Source: Candidatus Latescibacterota bacterium (lineage in GTDB: Bacteria > Latescibacterota > CBDEFO01). From it: 64,000 nt of DNA. Below are positions 11,067 to 20,626 of this stretch, one piece after another. The stretch covers positions 1,184,001-1,248,000 of the forward strand of contig CBDEFO010000008.1 of the NCBI GenBank assembly GCA_965237525.1, written 5' to 3'. The notes beneath the pieces are model-generated. The model had not been told where the DNA came from and made no database searches. It worked only from the letters and a program-made list of their open reading frames with translations. Each line of letters begins with the position of its first letter. The first letter of the stretch is position 1. Made by a program: the position numbers and the translations under genes.

Positions 11067-11307
11067 TTCTTTCCCCACAGGAGTTAGCCATGTCTTTTCT
11101 CTCTGGCTAACATTGTATATAATTCCCAAAAATTGCCCTCGCTGCAGAGGAAGAAAATTTTGGGTACTTAAGACTGGTTAGTTGCGTTGTCGTAAGTGTA
11201 AATTGACCAGGAAATAGGCCACTACCCTTTGGGAGAAGAGTCTAGTTACTCCCTACTGGAAGGGGAGGTTAGTTGAGTATTTCTGTCTTGGTGTTCCTGT
11301 TTACCGG

Positions 11308-11889
11308 TTGCGATATCAGGTTCCATACACAAGGAAGACTATGGAGTGCTGGTACCGGATCATCAGAAAGGCAATCTACCACCACACTTTCGAGGAGTTT
11401 GAGCCCCTTGAAGGTGAACTTGAGATGGATGAAACTCTCTTCGGTGGTAGGAGAACTGGTAAAAGAGGTTGGGGTGCCGAAGGCAGACAGATGGTCTTTG
11501 GCATCTATCAGAGAAAGGGTAAGGTGTTGACCTTTGCTGTCCCCTCAAGGAGTCGTGACTCACTACTGCCTCTTATTACCCAACACACCAGACCAGGGAG
11601 CTTGTATTACACCGATAATTGGATAGCCTATGCCTCGCTTTCTATCAGCGGCAACCACGTGGTAGTGCCAGAACACAAAAGTATAGCTAAAGGAAGAGAT
11701 CACCTCAATGGGGTGGGAGGCTTCTGGTCGTATGCCAAACACTGACTCTATCAATATCGAGGCGTTGACAGAAGCTTCTTCCACCGTTACCTTAAAGAGG
11801 TAAAGTGGTGTTTCAACCACCGCCACGAAAATCTACTTCCTCTTATAAGAAAGCTACTCCATCAACAGGCTCTAAGTGACATGAGTTAG
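11308..11889 (+). pseudogene. Degraded IS1595 (ISXO2-like DDE) transposase of a different subtype
   Basis: ELEMDETLFGG, YYTD, HLNGVGGFWSYAKH*LYQYRG (TGA at 11743); N-terminus decayed. Confidence 0.8.
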
Positions 11890-12195
11890 TGCAACTTTAG
11901 TCATGCATTACCATCAGGAAAACGTATCCCGTATCAAAAAGCGTAGCGATCTGCTGATATCCACGCTTGGTGGCTACGTCACAGCAATGGGCGGAAAAAT
12001 TGAGCTTGGTGGCGGAATTCCCCGACCGTCCACCCATCGCGCTGGCCGGTATTGCGGCTCTCGACAAGGATGACCGACCCTGCGGAAAGGGCATAGAACT
12101 CCTGCACATGTGACGAGGATGCGAAGTGTGTCATATATAGAAGAGCCACGACCGCTTGAACTTGGGGGATTGCCACTGATGGCTACCAACGGCAT

Positions 12196-12443
12196 CAAAG
12201 TGAAGATGGCCCCTTCTCATCCGGGTGACTACATCCGCACGGAGGTCATCGAGGAGATGGTTTCAGGTGTCCGTTATTTTTGCAAGTCGAGAAGATCATC
12301 AAACAGGGAGGTTTATGTGCAAAGTGAAGATGGCCCCTTCTCATCCGGGTGACTACATCCGCACGGAGGTCATCGAGGAGATGGTTTCAGGTGTCCGTTA
12401 TTTTTGCAAGTCGAGAAGATCATCAAACAGGGAGGTTTATATG
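12196..12443 (+). repeat. 124-bp tandem duplication (higA 5' fragment plus TonB gene leader and RBS)
   Basis: Units 12196-12319 and 12320-12443 differ only at GTG vs ATG. Confidence 0.9.
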
Positions 12444-15146
12444 CGAAGAAGAATATATCCAGAGATGGCATCATCGCTAGCTGGTCTGATGCGTCCCTTT
12501 TGGACGTCTGCCCTGGGTCTCGCCCTCATTGGCTCGCTTCTCGCCGGGGCGGTGGTGTGGTCCGAGGAGACGGTGGAAGAGACCGCCTCCGAGGAAGAGG
12601 GTATCCGCAAAGGAGGGTCCTACAGCGACACTGTCTACGTACTCGAAGAAGTGGTGGTCGTAGGGTCTCGGCATGCGCCGCGCTCGGTGAAGGAATCGGC
12701 CGCGCCCGTGGATGTGCTGAATGCGGAAGAGCTGCGCACCCAAGCCGCTCTCGATATGGACGATATCCTGCGCACCTTGGTGCCATCGTACAACATCCAG
12801 CGGCACGGCATTGACGACGAGGCGACCCTGGTGCGCCCCGCCACCCTCAGGGGCCTGCCCCCGGACAACCTCCTGGTGCTGGTCAACGGCAAGCGCCGTC
12901 ATCGCTCCGGCGTGATCGCACTGCTGGGCAGCTCGCTCAATGCCGGCTCGCAAGGACCGGATTTGAGCGTGATTCCGACCATCGCCATCGAGCAGATGGA
13001 GATTCTCCGGGGCGGCGCCGCCGCCCAGTACGGCTCCGACGCCATCGCCGGGGTCCTGAACATGAGATTGCGCGAAGCCTCCGAAGGCGTGCTTGTGGAA
13101 ATGCGCGGTGGCCAGTACTCCGAGGGGGACGGCCGCTTGGCCCAGGCCGCCGCCAACGTCGGGCTGCCGCTCACCCGGGACGGGTTCTTCAATCTCAGCC
13201 TCGAGTACCGCCAGCTCGACCCGACCATACGCAGCGGCACCCGCGCCAATGCCGCGACCCTGAGCGACCGAGGCTATCCCGTCGAGCACCCGGCGCAGAT
13301 CTGGGGCAGCCCCGATGTCGACGGTGCCTGGAACACCTTCTTCAACGCCGGGGTCGATCTCGACATCGGGGCCGAAGCCTACGGCTTTGGTGGTTGGGCC
13401 AAGCGCCAGACCGAAGGGGGATTCTTCTTCCGCGCCCCGGGCACCTCCTCGGCGCGCAGCGGCGTCTTTCGCATCGGCGATGAGCGGGCGGTAGCCGATC
13501 TCGACCTCGGCGACGACGTCGACCCCTCGAACCTGGACGTTCCCTCCTTGGACGCCAGCTTCGAGGAGGTCCAGGCTTTCGTCGAACGCTACAAGGGCGA
13601 CCTCTTCCTGTTCAACGAGCGCTTCCCCGGTGGTTTCACGCCGCGCTTCGGCGCCGACATCCGCGATTTGAGCCTGGTGGCCGGGCTGCGCGGCGAACGC
13701 GGCAGCGGCCTCAAGTGGGACGCTAGCGTCAGCGCCGCCCGCAGCAACATCGAGTTCTTCATCTTCAACACCATCAACGCCTCGCTGGGGCCGGATACGC
13801 CGACCTCGTTCCGCCCGCGCGACTACATCCAGACCGAAGTAGCGGCCAACCTCGACTTCTCCCACGCTGTGGAGGTGGGGCCCCTGGCGTCCCCCCTCGA
13901 CGTCGCCTGGGGAGCCGAGTGGCGCCAAGAGACCTTCGAGTCCGTGGCCGGCGACGAGGCCTCCTATGTGCTCGGCCCGTACGCCGAGCAGGGCTTCAGC
14001 AGCGGTTCCAACGGCTACCAGGGGCTGGACCCGAGAAACGCCGGCGCGTGGAGCCGCCCCAACTACGCCTTCTACCTGGACGTGCAGGCGAACGTGGTGC
14101 CGGCGTTGCAGCTGGGCACGGCCCTGCGCTACGAGGACTTCTACGACGACTTCGGCAACACCCTCAACGGCAAGCTCTCGGCCCTGTGGCGGGCCAGCGA
14201 CCGGGTCATCCTACGCTCGACGGCCAGCACCGGCTTCCGCGCCCCGTCGCCCGGCCAGGCCAACTTCACCGCCGTGACCACCGGCTTCTCCGGCATCGGC
14301 GGTCTGACCGAACAGGGGCAGGTACCGCCCACCCATCCCATCGCCGCGGCCCTGGGCGGTGTGGCACTGACCGAGGAGAAGTCCGTGGGTTTTTCGGTCG
14401 GCACCGCCGTGGAGCTCACCGACGAACTCGATCTGACCCTCGACTACTTCGACATCTCCATCGAGGACCGCATCTCCCTGACGGGGAACATCAAGATCAC
14501 CGAGGAGATCGCCAGTCTCATCCGGGAGACGGAGGCCCTGGAGGGAGTCAGCGTTCTCCAGGAAATCAAGTTCTTCTCCAATGACTTCGATACCGGCACC
14601 CGCGGCATCGACCTGGTGTTGTCGTGGACACGGGTGTGGGACAGCCAGTCCTTGTCAAACGTCGATCTCGCCTACAACTGGACCCAGTCCAACCTCGACG
14701 ACTTCTCCCAGGTGCGACAGGTCACCGAGTTCCTCGGCACGCCCCTGGCCGAACCGATCGACGTCAGCCTGCTGACGCCCCGGCGCCAGGTGGAGCTGGA
14801 GCAGATGAACCCCGAGCACCGCCTGGTGCTCACCGGCCGCCACCAGCAGGGCCCCTGGGACGCCACGGTGCGGCCCAGCTACTTCAGCGCCTGGAAGGCC
14901 TGCCGCTTCCAGGCCAGCGATTGCGGCGATCTCGACTCCTTTGACGGGGGCGTCATCGTCGACGCCGAGGTGGGCTATGCCTTAGGCGAGCGCTACCGGA
15001 TCGGCCTGGGGGCGCAGAACATCCTCGACTCGGTGCCCGATGCCGACCCCGACGAGACCGCGGGCCAGGGCAATCTGCGCCCGGCGAGCACCCCCTGGGA
15101 CTACAACGGCGCCTTCTGGTACACGCGCTTGTTTATGCAATTTTAA
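12441..15146 (+). CDS. TonB-dependent outer membrane receptor
   Basis: GGAGG RBS; EEVVVVGSR TonB-box region; LRGL..LVLVNGKRRH plug; YGSDAIAGVLN; GFRAPS; terminal Phe; very GC-rich. Confidence 0.92.
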   Translation: MRRRIYPEMASSLAGLMRPFWTSALGLALIGSLLAGAVVWSEETVEETASEEEGIRKGGSYSDTVYVLEEVVVVGSRHAPRSVKESAAPVDVLNAEELRTQAALDMDDILRTLVPSYNIQRHGIDDEATLVRPATLRGLPPDNLLVLVNGKRRHRSGVIALLGSSLNAGSQGPDLSVIPTIAIEQMEILRGGAAAQYGSDAIAGVLNMRLREASEGVLVEMRGGQYSEGDGRLAQAAANVGLPLTRDGFFNLSLEYRQLDPTIRSGTRANAATLSDRGYPVEHPAQIWGSPDVDGAWNTFFNAGVDLDIGAEAYGFGGWAKRQTEGGFFFRAPGTSSARSGVFRIGDERAVADLDLGDDVDPSNLDVPSLDASFEEVQAFVERYKGDLFLFNERFPGGFTPRFGADIRDLSLVAGLRGERGSGLKWDASVSAARSNIEFFIFNTINASLGPDTPTSFRPRDYIQTEVAANLDFSHAVEVGPLASPLDVAWGAEWRQETFESVAGDEASYVLGPYAEQGFSSGSNGYQGLDPRNAGAWSRPNYAFYLDVQANVVPALQLGTALRYEDFYDDFGNTLNGKLSALWRASDRVILRSTASTGFRAPSPGQANFTAVTTGFSGIGGLTEQGQVPPTHPIAAALGGVALTEEKSVGFSVGTAVELTDELDLTLDYFDISIEDRISLTGNIKITEEIASLIRETEALEGVSVLQEIKFFSNDFDTGTRGIDLVLSWTRVWDSQSLSNVDLAYNWTQSNLDDFSQVRQVTEFLGTPLAEPIDVSLLTPRRQVELEQMNPEHRLVLTGRHQQGPWDATVRPSYFSAWKACRFQASDCGDLDSFDGGVIVDAEVGYALGERYRIGLGAQNILDSVPDADPDETAGQGNLRPASTPWDYNGAFWYTRLFMQF

Positions 15147-15300
15147 TTCTCATCTCAAGCCCGCCGCCTCTGGCGGTGGACCGGGGGAGGTTCTACCGGC
15201 CAGGGGAGAAACGCAATAGGCTCTTTTCTTAAACCTCGGTTCTTGCCCAACTTGATCACAAGGGGTGTGCAAGATCATGACGCTGGGGAGTTGAAGAGGT

Positions 15301-15454
15301 CTTATTTCTGATGCACCTCGTGGCTGGCGCCTCCATCGCCTCACAGGCGACAGGAAGGATGAATGGAGCGTTTCGGTTTCCAGAAACTGGCGGATCAGGT
15401 TTGAAGAAGAGGACAGCTACATCGACCGCGCTGAACTTGGAGGATTACCACTGA
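15301..15454 (+). pseudogene. higB: HigB/RelE-family toxin remnant (5' truncated, frameshifted)
   Basis: GWRLHRLTGDRKDEWSVSVSRNWRIRF...LNLEDYH* overlapping the higA start. Confidence 0.75.
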
Positions 15455-15759
15455 TGGCTACCAACGGCATCAAAGTGAAGATGGCCCCTTCCCATCCGGG
15501 CGACTTCATCCGCACGGAGGTCATCGAGGAACTGGGCCTGAACGTGACTCGGGCGGCCGAGATTCTGGGGGTTCGCCGGGCAACGCTTTCGGCCCTGCTC
15601 AACAGCAACGCCTCGCTGTCGCCGGAAATGGCGCTGCGCATCGAGAAGGCATTCGACGTGAGTATGGACATGCTGCTGCGGATGCAGGCTTGGTACAAGG
15701 CCTCGCAGATGCACGCCCGAGCAAGCGAGGTCAGCGTCCAACACTACGAGCCCGCCTGA
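15454..15759 (+). CDS. higA: HigA family antitoxin
   Basis: HPGDFIR, HTH, LSPEMALRIEKAF, LLRMQ motifs. Confidence 0.9.
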   Translation: MATNGIKVKMAPSHPGDFIRTEVIEELGLNVTRAAEILGVRRATLSALLNSNASLSPEMALRIEKAFDVSMDMLLRMQAWYKASQMHARASEVSVQHYEPA

Positions 15760-15965
15760 TCGACACCGCTTCCCGACAATGGCGTTGACTCCTCTCTGAG
15801 GAACGAATGACCATCGATTCTTTATAGAGATGTTTTTTGGAGTCTGGTGCTATTTCCGGGGGTCGCGTACCGAGGCCGTACCCATCCTTTACCGTAATTT
15901 CGGGACCCATCGCGTCGTTGGAACGTCCGGGCATAAACGTCCTCGTAGGAGCCTGATTTGTATCC

Positions 15966-16679
15966 ATGCCTATGAAGACGGCTCTCCTCAAAACGCTACT
16001 GAAACAGTGGCGGTATATCGGGCTGCTCGCCGGAATCGCGCTGGGCCTGCTATTAGTGGGATTTCTTAATTTCCCCGGGAGGAACAGCGTGGTTGCGAAG
16101 GGCCCGCTGAATACGGGACACGAGGGGCTTGGCTGTCAGGAATGCCACGCGCCGGTGAGAGGCACCGTCGCGCAGGAAGTGAGTTCCAACGTTTACCCCT
16201 GGCTCGGTCTCCGTAAATCCACCATTGGCTTCGGATCGGAAGACGTCGACAGCAAGGACTGCCTGGCGTGCCATGAGCGCCCCGACGACCGGCATCCGAT
16301 CTCCCGCTTTCTCGAGCCGCGGTTTGCCGAAGTGCGTGGGCATATCAAGGTCTACGAGTGCATGGCTTGTCACACGGAGCACCAGGGCAAACGGGTCACG
16401 CTGCCGACGATCGGCTTTTGCACGCACTGCCACCAGGGTACCGAGCTCAAGAACGATCCGATCTCGCCCACGCATGTGGAACTCGTGCGTAGTGAGTCCT
16501 GGGACACCTGCCTCCAATGGCACGACTTCCACGGAAACCACAAGATCACTACCCCTCAACGCATCGAGGAAGGTGTGTCCGAGGAGCGGGTCTGGAGCTA
16601 CTTTAACGGCGCTCCGTCACCGTACTCCCTGCAAAAGATCGTTGAGCCGTCCAAGACGAAGGGAGGCCGGACACAATGA
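15966..16679 (+). CDS. Membrane-anchored multiheme cytochrome c (4 CxxCH plus a broken fifth, CLQWH)
   Basis: CQECH, CLACH, CMACH, CTHCH; N-terminal TM helix. Confidence 0.8.
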   Translation: MPMKTALLKTLLKQWRYIGLLAGIALGLLLVGFLNFPGRNSVVAKGPLNTGHEGLGCQECHAPVRGTVAQEVSSNVYPWLGLRKSTIGFGSEDVDSKDCLACHERPDDRHPISRFLEPRFAEVRGHIKVYECMACHTEHQGKRVTLPTIGFCTHCHQGTELKNDPISPTHVELVRSESWDTCLQWHDFHGNHKITTPQRIEEGVSEERVWSYFNGAPSPYSLQKIVEPSKTKGGRTQ

Positions 16680-17120
16680 AGACTGTCGTAGTTGCCACCG
16701 CTCTCGTCGTGATCATTGTCACCGTTATCATTGTGAACGCCCCACCCCCGGACAGCGACACATCCGCTGGCGGGTCACTCATTCCCATCCCGAGTGTCTT
16801 TGCGATTCTCGAAGCGGAGAACGATGCGGTGCGCGAGCTGTGGACGAAGCAGATTGTGGGAGCGGGTCAAGAGATATGGCTGAAGTTCGATAAGGATTGG
16901 CGGGAACAAGACGTCGAAGCCGGTCCTCTGCCCGCCTTGTTTTTCCGAGAGCCTGCGGCGAAACCCGGTGCCTCTCTATCTCTTCTTGGGCTCCGCCTTT
17001 CCGATCAACGACGCTAACAAGTTCACGGGTCTACAGACCACATACTTTAACGAGATCAAAAGGGAATTATATACAATGCTATCCAACGCCGCTTGACAAG
17101 CGATCCCCTGGAGATCGGAA

Positions 17121-18062
17121 ATGAACCGGAAAAAGAGAACATACAAGCCAATTAAGGATATGAGCATGTTTAAGTTTGGGAAGCGGTTTCGGAACGAAGC
17201 TGTTGCCGTGTCTTATGTTGAGGATTTTCGGTGGAAGGACGGGACCTACTGTCCGCATTGCGGGGTTGTTGATAACGTTCAGAAGACAAAGAACGGCAAG
17301 CCGCAACCGTATAGGTGCCGGGAGTGCCGCAAGCATTTCAGTGTCCGTACGGGGACGATCATGGCCCAGTCCAATTTGCCTTTGACAACCTTTCTGAATG
17401 CTATTTATCTTATTGTGACACATCGCAAGGGTGTTTCAAGCACTATGCTTGCCCGTGAGCTGGGCGTCACACAGAAGACGGTATGGCACCTTGCACATCG
17501 CGTTCGCAAGGGGTTAGAGATGCCGGGGGGTTTGTTCTCTGGCCCGGTAGAAATTGACGAGACGTATATGGGCGGCAAGGAAAAAAACAAGCATGCCAAA
17601 ACGAGGTTGCATGCTGGCCGCGGCACTGTTGGCAAAATGGCGGTGGTAGGTGCTCTTACCCGTAGGGGTGGACAGGTGCAGGCCAAGCCAGTAGCAGGGA
17701 CGGATAAGGACAATTTACAAGGTTTCGTAAAAGATACTGTGAGGGGTGGAGAAAAGGTCTTTACGGACGACCATATTTCTTATAAGGGGCTGTCTGGCTT
17801 CAGTCATGACACAGTGAGACATAACGTTGGCGAGTATGTGAGGAATCAGATACACACCAATGGAATAGAATCCTTTTGGGCGTTGTTGAAACGTGGGTAT
17901 TATGGGGTTTATCATTGGATGTCTGAGGCTCATTTGCACAGGTATATCCATGAGTTTTCGGGCCGGTGGAATATGGCGCGGTGGGAGACTATGGATAAGG
18001 TGGCTCATGTTGTTTCGGGTGGGATAGGCGTATCGTTGCCCTATAAGGAACTGGTGAGGTAG
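17121..18062 (+). CDS. IS1595-family transposase, intact
   Basis: Zinc ribbon CPHC/CREC, HTH, EIDETY/TDD/NGIESFW DDE motifs. Confidence 0.93.
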   Translation: MNRKKRTYKPIKDMSMFKFGKRFRNEAVAVSYVEDFRWKDGTYCPHCGVVDNVQKTKNGKPQPYRCRECRKHFSVRTGTIMAQSNLPLTTFLNAIYLIVTHRKGVSSTMLARELGVTQKTVWHLAHRVRKGLEMPGGLFSGPVEIDETYMGGKEKNKHAKTRLHAGRGTVGKMAVVGALTRRGGQVQAKPVAGTDKDNLQGFVKDTVRGGEKVFTDDHISYKGLSGFSHDTVRHNVGEYVRNQIHTNGIESFWALLKRGYYGVYHWMSEAHLHRYIHEFSGRWNMARWETMDKVAHVVSGGIGVSLPYKELVR

Positions 18063-18160
18063 ATCGTGAAAATGTGGAGTCTGCTGAAGCGAGGGTATTA
18101 TGGGACGTATCACAATTGGATTGATTTTTGCTAATACTATAATCGGTTTTTGAGGTGTTT

Positions 18161-19003
18161 ATGCCAGAAGCCCAGGGTGATATAGCGATGGCGACCCAAC
18201 GTATCATTCATGGAGACTGCCTGGATGTAATCACGTCCGGTCAGATTGAATCAGAATCAATCGATCTGATAGTCACCTCTCCACCATACGCCGACCAACG
18301 AAAGAACAATTACGGCGGTGTTCACCCCGACGAATATGTCTCATGGTTCCTTCCACGATCCGATGCCTTTAGGTCGGCGCTGTCTCCATCCGGGTCCTTT
18401 GTTCTGAACATCAAAGAGAGGGTGGTGGACGGGGAGCGCCACCCGTATGTCCTGGAATTGATCCTGGCGATGAGGCGACAGGGATGGAGATGGGTGGACG
18501 AGTACTGCTGGCACAAGAAGAACTGCTATCCAGGGAAATGGCCGAACCGGTTCAGGGACGCGTGGGAGCGCCTGTTACACTTCACCCGTTCTAGTAAGTT
18601 CAAAATGCGGCAAGAAGCCGTAATGGTCCCGATGGGACAATGGAAACAGACTCGACTCCGCAATCTCTCGGACACCGACCGCATAAGAGACCGATCTCGA
18701 AATGACAATGGGTTCGGGAAGCGAGTGGAGAACTGGGTGGGCCGAGACGCCGCCTACCCCTCGAACGTGCTTCATATGGCGACGGAATGCAGCTTCAAGG
18801 AACATCCAGCAGCCTTTCCGGTGACCTTGCCAATATGGTTTATACAATTGTTCACAGACGCTGGAGACACGGTGCTTGATCCATTCGCTGGATCTGGAAG
18901 CACGCTGGTGGCAGCCCGTGAGCTAGGGCGAATCGGGATCGGAATTGACATCTCGCCAGAATACTGCAAGCTCATGGAGGAAAAGGCTAATGTCATCAGA
19001 TGA
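18161..19003 (+). CDS. Beta-class N4-cytosine/N6-adenine DNA methyltransferase
   Basis: DLIVTSPPY near the N-terminus; HPAAFP; VLDPFAGSGST near the C-terminus. Confidence 0.92.
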   Translation: MPEAQGDIAMATQRIIHGDCLDVITSGQIESESIDLIVTSPPYADQRKNNYGGVHPDEYVSWFLPRSDAFRSALSPSGSFVLNIKERVVDGERHPYVLELILAMRRQGWRWVDEYCWHKKNCYPGKWPNRFRDAWERLLHFTRSSKFKMRQEAVMVPMGQWKQTRLRNLSDTDRIRDRSRNDNGFGKRVENWVGRDAAYPSNVLHMATECSFKEHPAAFPVTLPIWFIQLFTDAGDTVLDPFAGSGSTLVAARELGRIGIGIDISPEYCKLMEEKANVIR

Positions 19004-19718
19004 GCCTAATTGGTGGAGAGATGCGAGAAAGGATATAGACGATGCAATGCATGCCTTCACCAAAGAGTTCGAGGAGAAACTGCTTGCAAAAACAGAGTCG
19101 CAAATAGCCTTGATGGTCAAACGGAAGAACCCCTTCCTCTTTCGAATCCGGGCCGCAGAAGGTCTGGAGAAATTCGTTGATCTAGTGCTTGCTGCACACG
19201 TTTCATCCAGCGAGGAGACAGCGTTCGGCAACGCACTGGAGAAGATAGTCATCGCTATATGCTCTCGCACTAAGGACGGGAGGAAGTCCAGTACTGCTAA
19301 GGTTGATCTTGAATACGACGTTGGAGCGAAGCGGACAATGATAGCGATAAAATCGGGGCCACATTGGGCAAACTCAAGCCAGAAGGATGCACTCAAGAGC
19401 GCATTTAAGACAGCGAGTATAGTGGTTCAGCAAGGAGGGCTCACCCCGCGTTGTGTCGAAGGATGTTGCTATGGGAAAAGCAACACAAAGAACCTCGGAA
19501 CACATTTTAAAATCGTGGGACGAGACTTTTGGAAAGAAATCTCCAGTTTCGACGGAACAGATCGCCTCGTTATGGATGCAATTGGAGGCCACGCAGGAAA
19601 CGGTCTTGACTATGCCATGAATGAAGTAAGAAGTAGAATGGGAGACTACTTGGTAGACAATGGGATAGCAGACCACAAGCACATCCTTTGGGACAGGCTA
19701 TTGGATGTGGTCATGTAA
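18990..19718 (+). CDS. Type II restriction endonuclease, PmeII/EcoO109I-like
   Basis: KNPFLF, SSEETAFGN, VDLE, IKSGPHWANS, GCCYG, GRDFW; overlaps the MTase with a GGAGG RBS. Confidence 0.78.
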   Translation: MSSDEPNWWRDARKDIDDAMHAFTKEFEEKLLAKTESQIALMVKRKNPFLFRIRAAEGLEKFVDLVLAAHVSSSEETAFGNALEKIVIAICSRTKDGRKSSTAKVDLEYDVGAKRTMIAIKSGPHWANSSQKDALKSAFKTASIVVQQGGLTPRCVEGCCYGKSNTKNLGTHFKIVGRDFWKEISSFDGTDRLVMDAIGGHAGNGLDYAMNEVRSRMGDYLVDNGIADHKHILWDRLLDVVM

Positions 19719-19946
19719 GGCAGGGCCTCTTGAATGTCACCCAAACCCCTCACCGTATCCCTCCATCCCCTGACGTGGTATGAGGCGATGTCCGCCAGAA
19801 GGATGCACGGGTGATCTTTCGGGGCATTCTGAAGGTGCTAATCGAGAATGAGGTTCCTAGCCTGTGCTGACTATGTGGGTTAGCCAACTAAGCATGTCCC
19901 AAAGGTAATATACTTATCAGGGTATTATGACATAGGAGATGCGACA

Positions 19947-20141
19947 ATGAAACAGCCAAGGAAACGCAAGGTGGTCAAGAAGAGGACTGTTAAAGTTGTA
20001 AAGTCTTCATACATTCCGTCGAAGGCAGAATTGGAGATGGAGGTAAGTGTTCCGGAAGGCCTGGAGGGTGCGTCTTTTGATGATGTTGTCAAGGCTGTGA
20101 TAAGGCCAGTGGAAGTTGAGCATACGGACAAGCCTAAGTAA
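19947..20141 (+). CDS. Small basic protein, paralog of 10842-11066
   Basis: AGGAG RBS; same position next to the right IR. Confidence 0.7.
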   Translation: MKQPRKRKVVKKRTVKVVKSSYIPSKAELEMEVSVPEGLEGASFDDVVKAVIRPVEVEHTDKPK

Positions 20142-20626
20142 TTCTTTTTCCCATAGGAGTTAGGCGTGTCTTTTCTGTCTGGATAGCATTGTAAATAATT
20201 CCCGATCAAAAGAACTGGCGAGCCACAGTTCTTTTTCGATGACGACATCAAATTCCAAACCGCCATGTTCTCGGACATCGCGGTCGGTGAAGCTTGTGTC
20301 AGCTGTCACAACAATGAGCCGGAAACGACGAAGACCGACTGGATGTTGGGCGACATCATGGGTGCGACGACCTGGTCCTACCCGAAGGCGGAGGTCAGCA
20401 TGGATGAAGCGTTCTCCATGGTGAACGCGCTGCGACAGGGATTCAACGAAGCCTACGGAGAGTACCTGGCGAAGACGGCGACATTCTCCACCCCCCCTGC
20501 CGTCGGCGACAACTGGCCTGCCGATGGTTACTTCTTGCCGTCCGCCGATGTCTTTATGGGAGAAGCGGAACGGAGAGCGTCCCCCAGGATATTACGAAAG
20601 CTCTTTGCGCTTCAACGAGCCAAGGA

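Larger units (their letters stand above)
6800..11127 (+). mobile_element. IS1595-family cargo-carrying element copy 1 (tnp, Dcm-like MTase, Vsr, EcoRII-like REase, small ORF)
   Basis: 24-bp terminal IRs GGGAATTATATACAATG(C/T)TAGCCA at 6800-6823 and 11104-11127 (23/24); no matching TSD. Confidence 0.9.
17062..20203 (+). mobile_element. IS1595-family cargo-carrying element copy 2 (tnp, amino-MTase, REase, small ORF)
   Basis: 24-bp IRs GGGAATTAT(A/T)TACAATGCTATCCA; exact 8-bp TSD GATCAAAA at 17054-17061 and 20204-20211. Confidence 0.95.

Noticed and set aside
11172..11902. Terminal IRs for the degraded third IS1595
   Set aside because: Only weak GACT..AGTTGC similarity between the ends and no TSD; boundaries unsupported
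12225..12440. N-terminal extension of the TonB ORF in the track; likewise the extensions given for 9437, dapB (37648), 24800, 53970 and 63638
   Set aside because: The extensions run through repeats or upstream genes; better starts with RBS or motif support lie downstream
12196..12443. Repeat array as a CRISPR
   Set aside because: Only two contiguous 124-bp units, no spacers, no cas genes
12477..14944. Long alternative ORFs over the TonB gene (483 aa antisense, 221 aa out of frame)
   Set aside because: Shadow ORFs expected from high GC and codon bias; no recognisable motifs
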